Shown piece by piece: positions 58,289-60,587 of a stretch of 60,587 nucleotides of DNA. The DNA is taken from positions 1 to 60,587 of the forward strand of contig CALUNK010000001.1 of assembly GCA_944321985.1 (NCBI GenBank), in the 5' to 3' direction. A model generated the notes under the pieces. The model saw only the letters and a program-made list of their open reading frames with translations, searched no databases and was not told where the DNA came from. Numbering within the stretch: position 1 is the stretch's first letter; every line of letters begins with the position of its first letter. The DNA comes from Candidatus Methanomethylophilaceae archaeon. Its GTDB lineage: Archaea; Thermoplasmatota; Thermoplasmata; Methanomassiliicoccales; Methanomethylophilaceae. Made by a program: the position numbers and the translations under genes.

Positions 58289-59191
58289 ATGGAATCCGTC
58301 GGCGAGAGGATCGTCAGGCTCAAGAAAGAGAGGAAAGCCGTCATTTTGGCGCACAACTACTGTCTGCCAGAGGTGCAGGACATAGCCGACTTCGTAGGGG
58401 ACTCCCTCGGCCTCTCGAGGAAGGCAACGGAGACGGACGCCGAGGTCATCGTGTTCTGCGGAGTCACGTTCATGGCCGAGACAGCCAAGATTCTCAACCC
58501 TGGGAAGGCCGTCCTCCTGCCGGACCCAGCCGCTGTATGCGCGATGGCACAGATGTGCACCCCGGAGCAGATCGTAGCGGCCAAGGCGGCCCATCCTGGA
58601 ATGGAGGTCGTGGGGTATGTGAACTCTACCGCCGCATGCAAGGCGGAGATGGACGTCTGCTGCACGTCATCCAACGCAGTCGACATTGTCTCCTCGCTCG
58701 GGTCCGAAGGGGCGATATTCGTTCCTGACAGGAATCTTGGGACGTACGCCGCCCGGAGCTGTCCGGACAAGGATGTCGTGGTCTGGAGCGGCTTCTGCCC
58801 CATCCACCAGTCGATATCCGTCCAGCAGGTTGCGGAACTCAAGTCGGCCCATCCCGACGCGGAGGTGCTGGCCCACCCGGAGTGCAGGACGGAGGTCCTG
58901 AACATGGCGGACGTCATAGGGTCCACCGAGAAGATGCTGAACCACTGCCGGCAGTCCGACAGGGACGAGTTCATCGTGCTGACAGAGGTCGGAATGCGTC
59001 ACAGGTTGGAGGTCAACTGTCCCGGGAAGCGCTTCTACTTCCCCGAGTCCGCCGTGTGCGGCGCGATGAAGATGGCCACGCTGGAGACGGTGGCCGAGGT
59101 GCTTGAGAACATGACCAACGGAGTCGAACTGCCGTCGGAAATGGTTGAGAGGGCCCGTAGGCCCGTTGAGCGCATGATCGGGCGCTCATGA
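58289..59191 (+). CDS. nadA: Quinolinate synthase
   Basis: ILAHNY, GDSL, FCGVTFMAE, YVNS and AHPEC. Confidence 0.96.
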   Translation: MESVGERIVRLKKERKAVILAHNYCLPEVQDIADFVGDSLGLSRKATETDAEVIVFCGVTFMAETAKILNPGKAVLLPDPAAVCAMAQMCTPEQIVAAKAAHPGMEVVGYVNSTAACKAEMDVCCTSSNAVDIVSSLGSEGAIFVPDRNLGTYAARSCPDKDVVVWSGFCPIHQSISVQQVAELKSAHPDAEVLAHPECRTEVLNMADVIGSTEKMLNHCRQSDRDEFIVLTEVGMRHRLEVNCPGKRFYFPESAVCGAMKMATLETVAEVLENMTNGVELPSEMVERARRPVERMIGRS

Positions 59192-59644
59192 GAACATCGG
59201 GTCCTTGATCACCGAGTTCGCCGGAATCAGGTCCTTCAGCTTCCCGTCGTTAATGTCGACGGTCTTGAACGCCACCGTCAGCAGGTGCTCCACCATGCTC
59301 ACCGACGGGACACGGTCGAAGTAGCTCTGGACGATCTTGAAGTAGATCTTCGGCTCGCCGTCGGCCATGTAGAAGCCGCCGTTGTTGATGGTGTTGTTCA
59401 GGGTGTTGAGTTCGGGGACGAGCTTGTTCCTCGCATCCTCCGGGATGTCGAACATCAGGTAGCAGTAGATGTTCAGGGTCTTGTGCTCGTCGTCGGTGAC
59501 GATCACCATCCCGATGGGGTTGTCGTCGCCCATGGCTCCCAGGACGATGCTCCCGTCCTCGCGCTCGTCGTACTTGAGGTCTAGTCCCTGCACCGCGGTG
59601 CGGACGTTGTCCACGACCTTCTCCTTGGAGACTTTTCCGAACAT
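59186..59644 (-). CDS. YbjN-like / type III chaperone-fold protein
   Basis: 152 aa with an LNTLNN...GGFY pattern. Confidence 0.6.
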   Translation of the reverse strand: MFGKVSKEKVVDNVRTAVQGLDLKYDEREDGSIVLGAMGDDNPIGMVIVTDDEHKTLNIYCYLMFDIPEDARNKLVPELNTLNNTINNGGFYMADGEPKIYFKIVQSYFDRVPSVSMVEHLLTVAFKTVDINDGKLKDLIPANSVIKDPMFS

Positions 59645-59660
59645 GATACCTGGATGCGAT

Positions 59661-60587
59661 TCAAGGTTTATCGCTCTTATCCCCGCGTTCCTCGAGGGGG
59701 ATGTACTCCTCCGGCACGCACATGCTGATGTACGCGGGACGGAGAATCTTGTTGGATGTGACCAGTTCCTCGATGCGGTGGGCGCTCCATCCGACTATTC
59801 TGGCGGTTGCGAACAGGGCGGTGTAGAGCTCCTTGGGGATGTTCAGCATGTCATATACGAATCCGCTGTAGAAGTCCACGTTGGCGCAGACGCTGGTGGC
59901 GTTCGGTCTCTTGGACAGGATGAGTTCAGGGGCTATCCTCTCGATGGCGGCGTAGAGCTGGTAGTCGTCATTGCGGCCCTTCTCGGTTGCCAGCTTCTCC
60001 ACGAAGGACTTGAACACCTCCGCCCTTGGATCCGATATCGTGTAAACCGCGTGTCCCATGCCGTAGATGAGCCCCTGGTGGTCGAAGGCCTTTTTGTCGA
60101 GGATATCATTCAGATACTTTCTCAGTTCCTTCTCGTTCCCGGGGTGCTTGACATGCTTCTTGATGTCCTCCATCATGTCCATGACCTTCAGGTTGGCCCC
60201 TCCGTGCTTGGGTCCCTTGAGCGAGGACATGGCGGCAGCTATCACGGCGTAGGTGTCCGATCCGGCCGAAGTCGTCACCCTCGTGGTGAATGTGGAGTTG
60301 TTGCCTCCCCCGTGCTCCATGTGAAGTACGAGGGCGAGGTCGAGGACTGTGGCCTCCAGATAGGTGTAGGACTTGTCCGGCCTCAGCATGCGGAGGATGT
60401 TCTCGGCAGTGGAGAGTTTCGGATCCGGCCTGTGGATGTACATGCTCTCGTCGTTGATGTAGTGGTTGTACGCATGGTAGCTGTAGACGGAGAGCATGGG
60501 GAAGACGCTGATCAGGAAGATGCATTGGCTTATGACGTTGTCCAGGTTGTTGTTGAGAGCTTTCTTGTCGTAAGATGCCAGAGTGAG
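59661..60587 (-). CDS. gltA: Citrate synthase (5'-truncated by the window edge)
   Basis: HMEHGGGNNSTF, GPKHGGAN, GMGHAVY, NVDFYSG and RIVGWSAH; frame open to position 60587. Confidence 0.93.
   Translation of the reverse strand, partial: LTLASYDKKALNNNLDNVISQCIFLISVFPMLSVYSYHAYNHYINDESMYIHRPDPKLSTAENILRMLRPDKSYTYLEATVLDLALVLHMEHGGGNNSTFTTRVTTSAGSDTYAVIAAAMSSLKGPKHGGANLKVMDMMEDIKKHVKHPGNEKELRKYLNDILDKKAFDHQGLIYGMGHAVYTISDPRAEVFKSFVEKLATEKGRNDDYQLYAAIERIAPELILSKRPNATSVCANVDFYSGFVYDMLNIPKELYTALFATARIVGWSAHRIEELVTSNKILRPAYISMCVPEEYIPLEERGDKSDKP

Overview
The window is archaeal and most consistent with Methanomassiliicoccales (Methanomethylophilaceae-like). Evidence: archaeal ribB-ribL-ribC-ribH, trm1, mptD and glyA; Listeria-Bacteroides-repeat adhesins; leaderless genes about 24-26 nt behind TATA boxes; no TAG stop among the confident genes I checked. 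Positions 1 to about 30,670 are a head-tail (HK97-fold, siphovirus-like) provirus read almost entirely on the minus strand. Its order is: small early genes (ERF-like recombinase, wHTH and Zn-finger proteins, a divergent PCNA), terS, terL, portal, head morphogenesis, protease, MCP, neck, tail tube, two very short tape-measure-like genes, a 1748-aa adhesin-hub protein, a three-gene accessory cassette, and a >1505-aa collagen/C-type-lectin tail fibre. The fibre ORF was missed by the ORF track, runs off the left edge, and ends in a DGR variable-region-like sequence. Positions about 30,680-60,587 are host housekeeping genes. The most striking unexplained element is a DUF3800 gene (DE...QxxD motifs) followed immediately by a copy of the virus's 4-copy promoter motif. 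That copy points at a ~100-nt non-coding region that folds as a 5' hairpin plus an H-type pseudoknot, suggesting a protein + ncRNA module. Other leads are a viral PCNA with four neighbouring PIP-box-like proteins, a palindromic repeat cluster inside terS, and twin mini tape measures. All family calls are by-eye motif recognition; no searches were run.
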